A stretch of DNA of 64,000 nt, from positions 576,379 to 640,378 of the forward strand of contig NZ_QGDO01000003.1 in assembly GCF_003149185.1 (NCBI RefSeq), in the 5' to 3' direction. Positions 46,858 to 56,765 of the stretch are shown piece after piece. Under the pieces are notes generated by a model that did not search any database, was not told the DNA's origin, and was given only the letters and a program-made list of their open reading frames with translations. Source of the stretch: Sediminitomix flava (GTDB lineage: Bacteria > Bacteroidota > Bacteroidia > Cytophagales > Flammeovirgaceae). Positions within the stretch are counted from its first letter, which is position 1. Every line of letters starts with the position of its first letter. The position numbers and the translations under genes are program-made.

Positions 46858-49074
46858 TTAGTTGAAGAATTCAAGCGTTCCTCCTTGCATCAGTTCGTTG
46901 TGACTAATTTTCCAATCTTTAATCTCTTTACCATTAAATGTCACCTTTTTGGCAGTTGGGTTTTCATCAGAAATATGAGAAGCGATTACTTTTAGTGTTT
47001 TACCATTTCCGAGTGTTACTTCTGCTTCTTTGAAAAGTGGAACTCCAATGTCGTAGATGCCTTTTCCTGGATTTACAGGGTAAATTCCTAATGAACTAAG
47101 GATATACCACGAAGACATTTGTCCACAATCTTCGTTTCCACAAACACCATCAGGTGTCGATTTATACTGTGTTTTCAGAATTTCACGAATGCGTTTTTGT
47201 GCTTTCTCTGGCTTATCGATGTAGTTGTACAAGTAAGCGACATGGTGCGAAGGCTCATTTCCGTGTGCATATTGTCCAATCATACCCGTAGAGAAAATTG
47301 GGAGTTTATCTTCAGGCAGTGGGAAGAAAGTAAACATAGAATCTAATCTTTGTTCAAAACGCTCAGCACCACCCATGGCATCCATCAGACCTTCAATGTT
47401 TTGAGGGACATAGAAGAAATATTGCCATGCATTACTTTCGCAGAAGTGGTCTGTATAGTCTTTCGGATTAAAATCTTTGATGAAGTTTCCTTTATGATCT
47501 TTCGGACGCATAAAGCTAGATTCTGCATCGTAAGCATTTCTCCAGTTTTCCCCTCTTTGGGCAAAGTATGCTGCATCTTCTTTTTTACCTAAAGCTTCTG
47601 CGAGCTGTGCGATACACCAGTCATCATAGGCATATTCTAAGGTCTTAGAAACAGACCAGTTTTCATGATCGAAATTCAAAGGTGCGTAGCCTAATTCAAT
47701 GTATTCTTTCATGGCATCGCCTTCTACATTCATGGCTGAGGCTTTGCAAGCTTCGTACGCTTTTTCGTAGTCAATACCTTGAATTCCTTTGAAATATGCA
47801 TCTGTGATAATCGGCACCGCATGATACCCGATCATCATATTTGTTTCATTACCCATCATAGACCAAACTGGTAATAAGCCCGCTTCATCGTAATGTGCCA
47901 AAAACGAATTGATCATGTCGGGTACACGTGGTGTATGGATAAGTGTGTATAATGGATGCGCTGCACGATATGTATCCCAAAGAGAAAATGTATCATATCT
48001 GGTGTAGCCTTCTGCTTTGTGTTGTTTCTGATCAGCTCCTTTGTAGCCACCATCTACATCAGAATAAGTAGTAGGGGCTAATAAAGATTGATACATGGCT
48101 GTATAGAAAACTCTTTTTTCTTCGAGGTCTTCTGTTGTGATCTTGATCTTTTGAAGTTCTTTTTCCCAAATGTCGGAAGCATCTTTTCTGACTTGATCAA
48201 AGTCCCAAGTGTTTGCTTCTTTCTCAAGATTTTTTCGAGCACCTTCAATGCTATGAGAAGAAAGAGCAACTTTTACTTGAACAATGTTTTCTTCTTCTGG
48301 TGTATCGAAATCTAGGTAAGCTCTTGTTCGGAGGGCTTGTTTTTCATTGCCTTCTACTTCAGCCATCGGATTTTCTTTATCTGTTGTGAAAATCTTGTAG
48401 GATTTAATTGGCTGATCAAACTGAGCTACAAAATATGTTTTTTGCACATTTGCCCAACCTGATGAAAAACGGTAGCCTTCTACGGTATGCTCATCTACTA
48501 CTTTTATATAAGTATCTGTAGGACCGTCCCAGTTTAGGGCATAGCCAAGGTTGATATAGATTTTTGAATCATCAGCTTTTGGGAAGGTGTATCTGTGAAA
48601 TCCGACACGTTGTGTAGTGGTCAGTTCTGCGTGGATATCATAATCTAAAAGATCAACTTCATAAAAGCCTGGTTCGGCATGTTCTTGATCGTGCGTAAAT
48701 AGCGAACTATGTCTTTGTACACCTTCTTGCATGATTCTGCTGCTTTTGCCGTTTAGTGGCATTACAAGGATATCGTACAAATCTCCTGCGCCAGTACCCG
48801 AAAGGTGTGTATGAGAAAAACCAGCGATGGTTGTGTCTGGCCAGAAGTAACCTGCAATTCTGTCCCAACCCGAATAGCCGTTGTCTGGGCTTAGCTGAAT
48901 CATTCCGTGAGGTACGGTTGCACCAGGGTATGTATTTCCTGGACCGTCTGTACCTACAAATGGGTTAACAAAAGAGGTGTATCTCGTTTGCGATTGTTGA
49001 ATATTTTTCTGACATGAAGTCAGAAAAAGTGCGATTGTTAGTAAGTTTATTAAGTGTTTAGTCATAATAATCAA
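46858..49074 (-). CDS. GH92-family alpha-mannosidase
   Basis: GFSHTHLSGTGAGD, HPLYTLI, GNEPSHHVAYLYNY and GNEDCGQMS motifs. Confidence 0.85.
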   Translation of the reverse strand: MIIMTKHLINLLTIALFLTSCQKNIQQSQTRYTSFVNPFVGTDGPGNTYPGATVPHGMIQLSPDNGYSGWDRIAGYFWPDTTIAGFSHTHLSGTGAGDLYDILVMPLNGKSSRIMQEGVQRHSSLFTHDQEHAEPGFYEVDLLDYDIHAELTTTQRVGFHRYTFPKADDSKIYINLGYALNWDGPTDTYIKVVDEHTVEGYRFSSGWANVQKTYFVAQFDQPIKSYKIFTTDKENPMAEVEGNEKQALRTRAYLDFDTPEEENIVQVKVALSSHSIEGARKNLEKEANTWDFDQVRKDASDIWEKELQKIKITTEDLEEKRVFYTAMYQSLLAPTTYSDVDGGYKGADQKQHKAEGYTRYDTFSLWDTYRAAHPLYTLIHTPRVPDMINSFLAHYDEAGLLPVWSMMGNETNMMIGYHAVPIITDAYFKGIQGIDYEKAYEACKASAMNVEGDAMKEYIELGYAPLNFDHENWSVSKTLEYAYDDWCIAQLAEALGKKEDAAYFAQRGENWRNAYDAESSFMRPKDHKGNFIKDFNPKDYTDHFCESNAWQYFFYVPQNIEGLMDAMGGAERFEQRLDSMFTFFPLPEDKLPIFSTGMIGQYAHGNEPSHHVAYLYNYIDKPEKAQKRIREILKTQYKSTPDGVCGNEDCGQMSSWYILSSLGIYPVNPGKGIYDIGVPLFKEAEVTLGNGKTLKVIASHISDENPTAKKVTFNGKEIKDWKISHNELMQGGTLEFFN

Positions 49075-49141
49075 AGATTATCTGGTCTAAAGAGTTGTAT
49101 GTTTATCAAGGTGTCTAGCTACTGTTGCTCAAGTGAAAATG

Positions 49142-50122
49142 CTACCATTCCATTTTGTAAGGAGCATCTTCCATTCGATTCCCGTTTTTCTTATCTACTA
49201 CAGCAAAGTTAAATCCGCTTCTGATGCCATACCCTCCGTATTCTCCGTCTTTATTTAAGGCTAAGAATCCTACTTGAAGATTTTCCATACGGTTTTTATG
49301 GGTATTCATGATTCTTTTTACCGCTATTTCACATGCTTCTCTAGGAGATTTTCCCATACGCATATATTCGACAACCATGGCAGAACCTGCCGTACGAATT
49401 ACGGCTTCACCTAAACCGGTTGCACATGCAGCTCCAACTTCACCATCTACAAACAAACCTGCACCTATGATCGGAGAGTCTCCAACTCTACCATGCATTT
49501 TGTAGGCAGCACCCGAAGTGGTACATGCTCCAGCCAAATTTCCGTCAGCATCTAATGCAAGAGCTCCAATTGTATCATGATTCTCTATATTAATAACTGG
49601 TTTGTATTTTGATGTCTCCATCCATTTTTCCCAGTCCTTTTTAGATTGCTCAATAAGGAGTTCTTCTTCCTCGAAGCCGTTGGCTAAAGCAAATTGTTTT
49701 GCACCTTCTCCTACAAGCATTACATGAGGTGTATTTTCCATAACCAATCGAGCTACAGAAATAGGATGTTTGATACCTTGAAGAAAAGCGACACTTCCAC
49801 AATCGTGTTTGTGGTCCATAATACATGCATCTAAGGTTACTTTTCCTTCTCGATCAGGTAAGCCTCCGTATCCGACACTACGTTCTTTAGGGTCAGCTTC
49901 GGGTACTCTTACTCCGTATTCAACGGCATCAAGAGCACTTCCTCCTTCTTTAAGATATTCCCAACCTGCTTCATTGGCTCCAAAACCATGGTTCCAAGTC
50001 GAGATCATGATTGGCTTCATACCCTCTTTCTTTATAGAAGAAGAAAAGCTAAATAGAGTTGAGCTAAGAAGCCCTCCACCTACTGTTAGTGACTTTTTTA
50101 TAAATGACCTTCTATTTTGCAT
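49142..50122 (-). CDS. N4-(beta-N-acetylglucosaminyl)-L-asparaginase (glycosylasparaginase; Ntn-hydrolase)
   Basis: Tat-like signal (RRSFIKKSLTVGGGLL). Ntn motifs HDTIGALALD and GRVGDSPIIGAG. Confidence 0.75.
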   Translation of the reverse strand: MQNRRSFIKKSLTVGGGLLSSTLFSFSSSIKKEGMKPIMISTWNHGFGANEAGWEYLKEGGSALDAVEYGVRVPEADPKERSVGYGGLPDREGKVTLDACIMDHKHDCGSVAFLQGIKHPISVARLVMENTPHVMLVGEGAKQFALANGFEEEELLIEQSKKDWEKWMETSKYKPVINIENHDTIGALALDADGNLAGACTTSGAAYKMHGRVGDSPIIGAGLFVDGEVGAACATGLGEAVIRTAGSAMVVEYMRMGKSPREACEIAVKRIMNTHKNRMENLQVGFLALNKDGEYGGYGIRSGFNFAVVDKKNGNRMEDAPYKMEW

Positions 50123-50179
50123 GTTATAGCATGTGTTTGTTTTACAATTTTAAAACTACGTAAACATTCATAAATATGC

Positions 50180-50230
50180 ATGTTCGTGCAAATACATGTA
50201 ACACATATTAACGAAGTTTGCACTTATTTT
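50180..50230. promoter_or_regulatory. Candidate operator: inverted GTGCAAA / TTTGCAC half-sites in the divergent DeoR/asparaginase intergenic region
   Basis: cgtGCAAAtacatg at ~50187 and agTTTGCac at ~50214. Related TTTGCAT/TTTGCGT copies lie at ~50500 and ~50580. Confidence 0.25.
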
Positions 50231-50650
50231 AAAAATAATAAGAATATATAAACGATGAAAATATTATGAGTGCTTGTTTTATAGGGTGTTGAGTGATTTT
50301 ATGAATGATGCTTGTTTAAAAAACTAAATACTGACTGTGCTTTTTAAATAAATAATAACATGCATGAATCGACATTAGATGATTGCAATTTATAAGTTAA
50401 AAAGCTGATGTTTTTCTTGGGTTTATCTCTCTTTTTGTTTGTAAGTAGTTGATATTTAGGGTTCAGTTTGTTTTGTGTGCGAGGTGTGGAAGAGTATGCA
50501 CGTTTGCATGTTTTTATATTTTTAAACGTCTCTTTACAATTATTATGGCTTAATTTTGAAAAATCATTAAAATGTATTTGCGTGTTTTTGCCTGTTTCTC
50601 TATGTTTGCAGTGTAGTTGAGACACTTTAAGAGACTAAACAAGATTAACA

Positions 50651-51427
50651 ATGCTGAAGGACGAACGACATACTTTTATTTTAAATGAGATTAAGAAGAA
50701 TAATAGAGTACTCTCTTCTGAATTGAGTTTAAGTTTAGGTGTATCAGAAGACACGATTCGACGTGACTTAAGAGAATTATCTGATGTAGGTAAAATCAGA
50801 AGAGTACACGGTGGAGCGGTTCAGCATCAAGAAGCAGAAGGGAATACAGTCTCAAATTATATTCCTTTTAGTTATGAAGATCGGGAAGTGTATGGCAAGA
50901 ATGCAAAACAGTTGATTGCAGATAAGGCTGTCTCATTAATCAATGACGATATGGTTATCTTAATTGATGGTGGGACAACAAATCTTGAAATCGTAAAAAG
51001 ATTGCCTTTAGAACTTAAAGCAACCTTTATTACAAACTGTTTGCCAGTTGCTATAGCTTTAGCTAATTACAGATTTGTAGATGTTCATTATTTGGGTGGT
51101 AAGGTTTTGCCTAATGCCCAAGTGACGGTGGGGTATCCATTATTGAAAGAATTATCGGATATTCAGGCAGATATTTGCTTTATGGGAACACGAAGCATAG
51201 ATCTTAAGAGAGGTATTACAGATATCGATAGAGAAGAGGTACAGGTAAAGTATGAAATGAGTTGCTCTGCTAAGAAAGTAGTAGCGGTTGCTTCATCAGA
51301 CAAATTAAATTCGTCTCAACCATTTGTCGCTGTACCATTATCCAACATTCATATGTTGATTACCGAATTGGAGCCAACGGATATTAGTCTTTTACCATTT
51401 GCAGAAGCTAATGTTTCCGTTATTTGA
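50651..51427 (+). CDS. DeoR/GlpR-family transcriptional regulator
   Basis: N-terminal DeoR HTH (RHTFILNEIKKNNRVLSSELSLSLGVSEDTIRRDLREL) and a C-terminal sugar-phosphate-binding domain. Confidence 0.75.
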   Translation: MLKDERHTFILNEIKKNNRVLSSELSLSLGVSEDTIRRDLRELSDVGKIRRVHGGAVQHQEAEGNTVSNYIPFSYEDREVYGKNAKQLIADKAVSLINDDMVILIDGGTTNLEIVKRLPLELKATFITNCLPVAIALANYRFVDVHYLGGKVLPNAQVTVGYPLLKELSDIQADICFMGTRSIDLKRGITDIDREEVQVKYEMSCSAKKVVAVASSDKLNSSQPFVAVPLSNIHMLITELEPTDISLLPFAEANVSVI

Positions 51428-51674
51428 CATTGAAAACTTACAAGCAAACAATTATATAGTACACACTTAGTCAATAAACAATCTTTCTTACAAAGGTGAA
51501 GAGGGATGAGTTATAGGCTCTTTTACCACATTTATAGTCAATTACGCAGTTGATTCTTAATGAGGATGGGAGAGGTACATCCCTCTGAAACCTATTTAAA
51601 ATCAATTACTAGGTTAGGTTTTTCTTTGAAAATACCTCTATTCTAATCGTTTTTACTAATAACTAAACACAAAC

Positions 51675-54600
51675 ATGAGAAACACACTTTTTTGGTTATT
51701 TAGCATGTCAATGCTGATGCTAAATACCGCATATGCACAAGAGCGTACAGTCAAGGGGGTAGTGACTGATGCATCAGACAAATCACCCTTACCAGGTGTG
51801 AATGTTATAATTAAGGGTAGTGCTTCGGGAACGGTAACTAATTTTGATGGAGAATATGAAATCTCAATTGATTCAGATGCCTCTGTTTTGACATTCTCCT
51901 CAATCGGTTACAAAAGCATAGATAAAGTTGTTGGTAATGCTTCAACTATAAATTTAGCATTAGAGGTAGATGCTGAAGAATTGGAAGAGGTTGTTGTTAC
52001 AGCCTTGGGTATTGAAAGAGATAAAAGATCTCTTGGATATGCTACTACAGAAGTTGGAGCGGATGAAATTGGTTCTGCAGGGGTTTCATCTAACATGATG
52101 AACTCGCTATCGGGTAAAGTAGCCGGTGTACAAATTGCTCCTGTTGGAGGTGGTGCTGGTTCTTCATCTCGTGTGGTAATTCGTGGTGCGGCTCTATTAG
52201 GACAAAGTAACCAACCTTTGTACGTAATTGATGGTGTACCAATGACCAATGAGAGTGTGAAGGATGCAGGTGGTTCTTCTGATAGTGGTGATGTTTCAAC
52301 CGGTGACGGTCTTTCTTCAATCAACCCAGATGATATCGAATCTATGTCGGTATTGAAAGGTGGTGCTGCAACCGCTCTTTATGGTTCTAGAGCAATTAAC
52401 GGTGTAATCCTTATTACTACAAAGAGTGGTCAGAAAGGAGAAAAACTAGGGATTGACTTTAGTACGGGTGTAAACTTTGACATGGTCGGTATTACTCCAA
52501 ATGATCAAAAAAGATATGGACAAGGTACTTTAGGAGCTTTACCTTCTAACCCTAAAGCACAAACTTCAATGTGGGGACCAAGAATTACTGGTCAAGAAAA
52601 CAATGCTTATTACGATGGGCAAACTCGTAACTTGAAAGCATACGATAACTACAATGATTTTTATAATACAGGAGTAACATTCAACACTAACGTTGCTCTT
52701 ACAGGAGGTACAGAGAATTCAAGTATTCGTTTCTCATACAATAATCTTGACAGTGATGGAATGGTAGATAACTCTACGTTTAAGCGTAACAGCTTCAACT
52801 TAAGATCAAAAACATCATTGATGAATGATAAATTGAAACTGGATTCAAGGGTTACTTATACTAACCAAAAAGCACATAACCGTATGGAAATGGGTAACTC
52901 TGTTCATAACTATGCTGGTATGTTATTAGGAATTCCTACAACAAACAATGTAAACTGGTTGAAAGATTATAAAAACCCTGATGGTACAGCAAGAGGATAT
53001 AACGATAAAGAATCGAACCCTTACTGGACTATGAACGAGGTTGTCAACGAAGATGAGTTGAACAGAATCTTGGGTATGGTTAGCTTAACTTATGAGTTTA
53101 CAGATTACTTGAAGTTGATGGGACGTGCAGGTACTGATTTTAACTCTTTCAGACAAAATACTCTGCAACCGATGTATACTCCATGGTTTGAGCAAGGTAG
53201 AGCATTTGAAATGACAAACTTGAGCAGAGAAGATAACTACGATTTCTTATTGATGTTCAACAAGAAGTTTGGCGACTTTGATATCAATGCAAATGCAGGT
53301 GGTTCTTACATGAAAAACACCGTGAATTATTCTGAAAATGGTTCGATCGGGTTTACTTCTCCAAACTTCCAAAATCCAATTGCTGGTAGAGATCGTTTCT
53401 TAGATTACAAAACTTTTGAAAGTGCAATCTCATCGTTCTACGCAACAGCCTCAATCGGATATAAAGGTTATTTATTCTTAGATGTATCTGCTCGTAATGA
53501 CTGGTCATCTACACTTCCAATGGATAATAACTCATTCTTCTATCCTTCAGTAAGTGGTTCATGGGTATTCTCAGATATGGATTGGAAAATGCCTGATTGG
53601 TTGTCATTTGGTAAGTTGAGAGCATCATGGGCGCAAGTAGGTTCGGCTACAGACCCATATATGTTGGCTCTTCAGTACAACTTTGATGGTCAAAACCACA
53701 ACGGAATTAACGTAGGTGGTATTGAAGGAAATGTAATTCCAAATAGAAACTTGAAACCATCTATTCAAACTTCTCACGAAATCGGTTTAGATCTTAGAAT
53801 GTTTAACAACCGTGTTGGAGTAGATGTAGCTTACTATAAATCTTCAGCAACAGATCAAATCTTGGCAGTAGATGTATCTCAAGGTTCGGGTTATTCTCAA
53901 GCAATGATTAACGCTGGTCAGATTGATAACCAAGGTTGGGAAGTAATGTTGAATGTAGTTCCTGTTCAAACAGATAATTTTACTTGGGACATGACATTCA
54001 ATGCTTCATACAATGATAATCAAGTCGTTTCATTGTCAGAAGGAGTTGATCAATACAATCTATTCTCTCAAGGGGATGTATCAATTCAAGCTAGACCAGG
54101 AGAGGCTTACGGTGTAATTGTAGGTTCTAAATACTTGAGAGATGATGCTGGAAACATTGTAGTGGATTCAGAAGGTCGTCCGCAAAAAGAAGATGGTGTA
54201 CATGAAATTGGTCAAGGTGTTCAACCTTGGATGGCTGGTTTGAGAAACACATTTAAGTACAAAAACTTCAGTCTGTCTTTCTTGATTGATAGTAAATGGG
54301 GTGGTCAAATCTACTCGAATACTGAAGCAGCAATGTATTCTTCAGGTAAGCACGAGGCAACTCTTGTGGGTAGAGACGAATACTACAGCACAGGACACTG
54401 GAATCCTGGAGGTCTTGTAAATGCAGATGGAACGGCATTTACAGGAAGTGTTGATCCAGAGTTATACTACGGAGCTATGTCAGGAATAAGTGAGCAGTTT
54501 ATCTACGATGCTTCTTTCATCAAATTAAGAGAGGTTTCTATCACTTACATGATGCCTCACAAATTTATCCAGAAAACACCATTCAGAAACTTAGCAGTTT

Positions 54601-54752
54601 CAGCAACAGGGTTTAACCTTGGTTATCTGTGGAGAAAAACAGACAACATTGATCCAGAAAGTACTTTCACAAATGGAAATGCACAAGGTATCGAGATGTC
54701 TAACATGAGTATTCCAAGATCATTCGGATTTAAATTGAATGCTAACTTCTAA
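51675..54752 (+). CDS. SusC/RagA-family TonB-dependent outer-membrane transporter
   Basis: Signal peptide, carboxypeptidase-regulatory-like domain (VKGVVTDASDKSPLPGVNVIIKG), TonB box/plug, and a C-terminal beta-barrel ending in F. Confidence 0.85.
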   Translation: MRNTLFWLFSMSMLMLNTAYAQERTVKGVVTDASDKSPLPGVNVIIKGSASGTVTNFDGEYEISIDSDASVLTFSSIGYKSIDKVVGNASTINLALEVDAEELEEVVVTALGIERDKRSLGYATTEVGADEIGSAGVSSNMMNSLSGKVAGVQIAPVGGGAGSSSRVVIRGAALLGQSNQPLYVIDGVPMTNESVKDAGGSSDSGDVSTGDGLSSINPDDIESMSVLKGGAATALYGSRAINGVILITTKSGQKGEKLGIDFSTGVNFDMVGITPNDQKRYGQGTLGALPSNPKAQTSMWGPRITGQENNAYYDGQTRNLKAYDNYNDFYNTGVTFNTNVALTGGTENSSIRFSYNNLDSDGMVDNSTFKRNSFNLRSKTSLMNDKLKLDSRVTYTNQKAHNRMEMGNSVHNYAGMLLGIPTTNNVNWLKDYKNPDGTARGYNDKESNPYWTMNEVVNEDELNRILGMVSLTYEFTDYLKLMGRAGTDFNSFRQNTLQPMYTPWFEQGRAFEMTNLSREDNYDFLLMFNKKFGDFDINANAGGSYMKNTVNYSENGSIGFTSPNFQNPIAGRDRFLDYKTFESAISSFYATASIGYKGYLFLDVSARNDWSSTLPMDNNSFFYPSVSGSWVFSDMDWKMPDWLSFGKLRASWAQVGSATDPYMLALQYNFDGQNHNGINVGGIEGNVIPNRNLKPSIQTSHEIGLDLRMFNNRVGVDVAYYKSSATDQILAVDVSQGSGYSQAMINAGQIDNQGWEVMLNVVPVQTDNFTWDMTFNASYNDNQVVSLSEGVDQYNLFSQGDVSIQARPGEAYGVIVGSKYLRDDAGNIVVDSEGRPQKEDGVHEIGQGVQPWMAGLRNTFKYKNFSLSFLIDSKWGGQIYSNTEAAMYSSGKHEATLVGRDEYYSTGHWNPGGLVNADGTAFTGSVDPELYYGAMSGISEQFIYDASFIKLREVSITYMMPHKFIQKTPFRNLAVSATGFNLGYLWRKTDNIDPESTFTNGNAQGIEMSNMSIPRSFGFKLNANF

Positions 54753-54763
54753 TTCGGGAAACA

Positions 54764-56623
54764 ATGAATATCAAAAAATATATACTAGGAACTGCTTTAG
54801 CAGCTACTACACTGTTTAGTTGTACTGATGGGTTTGATGAAATGAATGAAAACCCATGGACAGGTAATGATTTGGATGTAAAACATCAGTTTACTTATAC
54901 GCAGCTGAAAATGTTTGCAAGTGGACATGAAGGTTTTAGAGGTAACCTAATCATGACAGGACCTTATGCTGGAAATACAGCAAACCTGTATTCAACAGGG
55001 ATTGGCTTTGGCTTGAGTGATAGTTATACAAATGCCACTTGGGAATTGATTTACGGAGATGTAATGAAAAACCTTGTTGATGCCATGGGACGTCTAGAGG
55101 CTGAAGGTGGTCAAGATGATAAGATTGCTCAATTCCGCATAGTAAAAGTTGTGAACCTTTTGAGAGCAACTCTTCTTTATGGTGATATCCCTTATTTTGA
55201 TGCAGGAAAAGGTTATTCTGATTTGATCTATTATCCTAAATATGATCGACAAGAAGATATCCTAAAAGATATGGTCAATGAGTTGAGAGAGTCTAGAGAC
55301 TTGTTAGCAGCTAGCGGTTCTGAAATCTTTACTTATGATCTTTATGATTCTGGTGTTGCTGGGCCAACAAAATATATCAAGTTAGCCAATTCATTATTGA
55401 TGCGTATCGGACTTACAATGTCTGAAGCTGATGCCACTGAAGGAGCTTCAATTTTCCAAGAGGCTTATACAAATGATGGTGGATATATTTCAAACTGGGG
55501 TGAAGCAGTTTATGTGAGACACGTTGAGGATGGTGGTCCTTGGGGACAACATGTAAACGGTACTGGTGTTGCTATTGAAGGTCAAGTAGGTGGTTTCTCA
55601 TATGGTTATATGAGTGAAAAAGCCTTGAAATCGATGCAAGAAAAAGAAGATCCACGTATTTTCCGTTTAGTTAGTCACTTGACTTATGAAAGTGGTATTT
55701 CTAAATCTATGACTGATGTTGCTAAGTACAGAGACTTTGATCCATTTGCTCAAGCAGGTGAAGATGGAGAGTTCAAGCGAGTTCATTACAGAGGAGTAAG
55801 AATGGGTGACCGAGGAGATGGAAACCGTGGTTTGTATTATAAACCAAGCGAAGAAAAAGTTTACCATGCTTCTTATTGGGTTAACCAAAATACAGACTAC
55901 AAATTTGAAGAAGGTGGACAGTTCGCTACTCTTGCAGGTTTGAGTCCTGCCACTTTCAACCGATTAACTCCTACAATGGTCATGGGAGCTGATGAAGTTC
56001 AGTTCATGATTGCTGAAGCGGCAAACATTGGGTATATCGGTGCAGATGCAAGATCAGCATTCCAAGCAGGTATTGAGTTTGCATTATCTAAATATGATGC
56101 AATGCCATACCCTGGTAAAGAGACTGAGCAGACTTATGAAGCTTTGTATATCAGTCAAACGAATCCAAGTTATAATCATGAGACAGCGGTATCAAATTAT
56201 ATTCAAAACGCTATGGATAGATATGATGCTGCTTCAGATAAGAGAGAAGAAATTATCTATGAGCACTGGATGGCAGATCTAGGTGATGGTTATAAATCAT
56301 ATGAAATCTGGAATAGAACACACATGCCAAGTATGGTTGTGCCAGATATCAATGCAGCAGGTGAAGATTATGTAGAACTTGCTTCATTTGAAGGAGATCC
56401 AACTATTGATCATGATTTAGATCCGATTGGGTCAGAGTCTATTCATTTGCATACTGGTGGTGTGACAGACGGAATTCGTCCTAGTCGTTTCCCTTATCCA
56501 AACAGAGAGCTTACAGTAAATTCAGCTAATGCAGACGAGGCAATGCAAAGACAAAGAAGCGAAAGTGGAACTGGAGCTGCTACAAACTTTATTGCCGTGA
56601 AACAATGGTATAGCCACAAATAA
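54764..56623 (+). CDS. SusD/RagB-family nutrient-binding outer-membrane lipoprotein
   Basis: Lipoprotein signal (LFSCTDG), immediately downstream of SusC, with TPR-like composition. Confidence 0.8.
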   Translation: MNIKKYILGTALAATTLFSCTDGFDEMNENPWTGNDLDVKHQFTYTQLKMFASGHEGFRGNLIMTGPYAGNTANLYSTGIGFGLSDSYTNATWELIYGDVMKNLVDAMGRLEAEGGQDDKIAQFRIVKVVNLLRATLLYGDIPYFDAGKGYSDLIYYPKYDRQEDILKDMVNELRESRDLLAASGSEIFTYDLYDSGVAGPTKYIKLANSLLMRIGLTMSEADATEGASIFQEAYTNDGGYISNWGEAVYVRHVEDGGPWGQHVNGTGVAIEGQVGGFSYGYMSEKALKSMQEKEDPRIFRLVSHLTYESGISKSMTDVAKYRDFDPFAQAGEDGEFKRVHYRGVRMGDRGDGNRGLYYKPSEEKVYHASYWVNQNTDYKFEEGGQFATLAGLSPATFNRLTPTMVMGADEVQFMIAEAANIGYIGADARSAFQAGIEFALSKYDAMPYPGKETEQTYEALYISQTNPSYNHETAVSNYIQNAMDRYDAASDKREEIIYEHWMADLGDGYKSYEIWNRTHMPSMVVPDINAAGEDYVELASFEGDPTIDHDLDPIGSESIHLHTGGVTDGIRPSRFPYPNRELTVNSANADEAMQRQRSESGTGAATNFIAVKQWYSHK

Positions 56624-56649
56624 TATCATTTAGTAATCAACAATTCAAT

Positions 56650-56683
56650 AAGCCTCTTTCCAAAGGGGAGGGGCTTATTTTCA
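56650..56683 (+). terminator. Terminator after susD
   Basis: 12-bp stem (aagcctctttcc / ggggaggggctt, with G.U pairs), an AAA loop, and a U-rich tail. Confidence 0.5.
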
Positions 56684-56765
56684 AATTAACAAGTGTGTGA
56701 TAAGGAAAAGTGATTCAATAAATCATTAAATTGAAGTCTAACTTTTTCTCTAATTCTATAAAACT

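Noticed and set aside
50344-50625. 93-aa ORF in the DeoR/asparaginase divergent intergenic region
   Set aside because: It is AT-rich, K/N-rich and low-complexity, and overlaps the likely promoter/operator region; it is judged non-coding.
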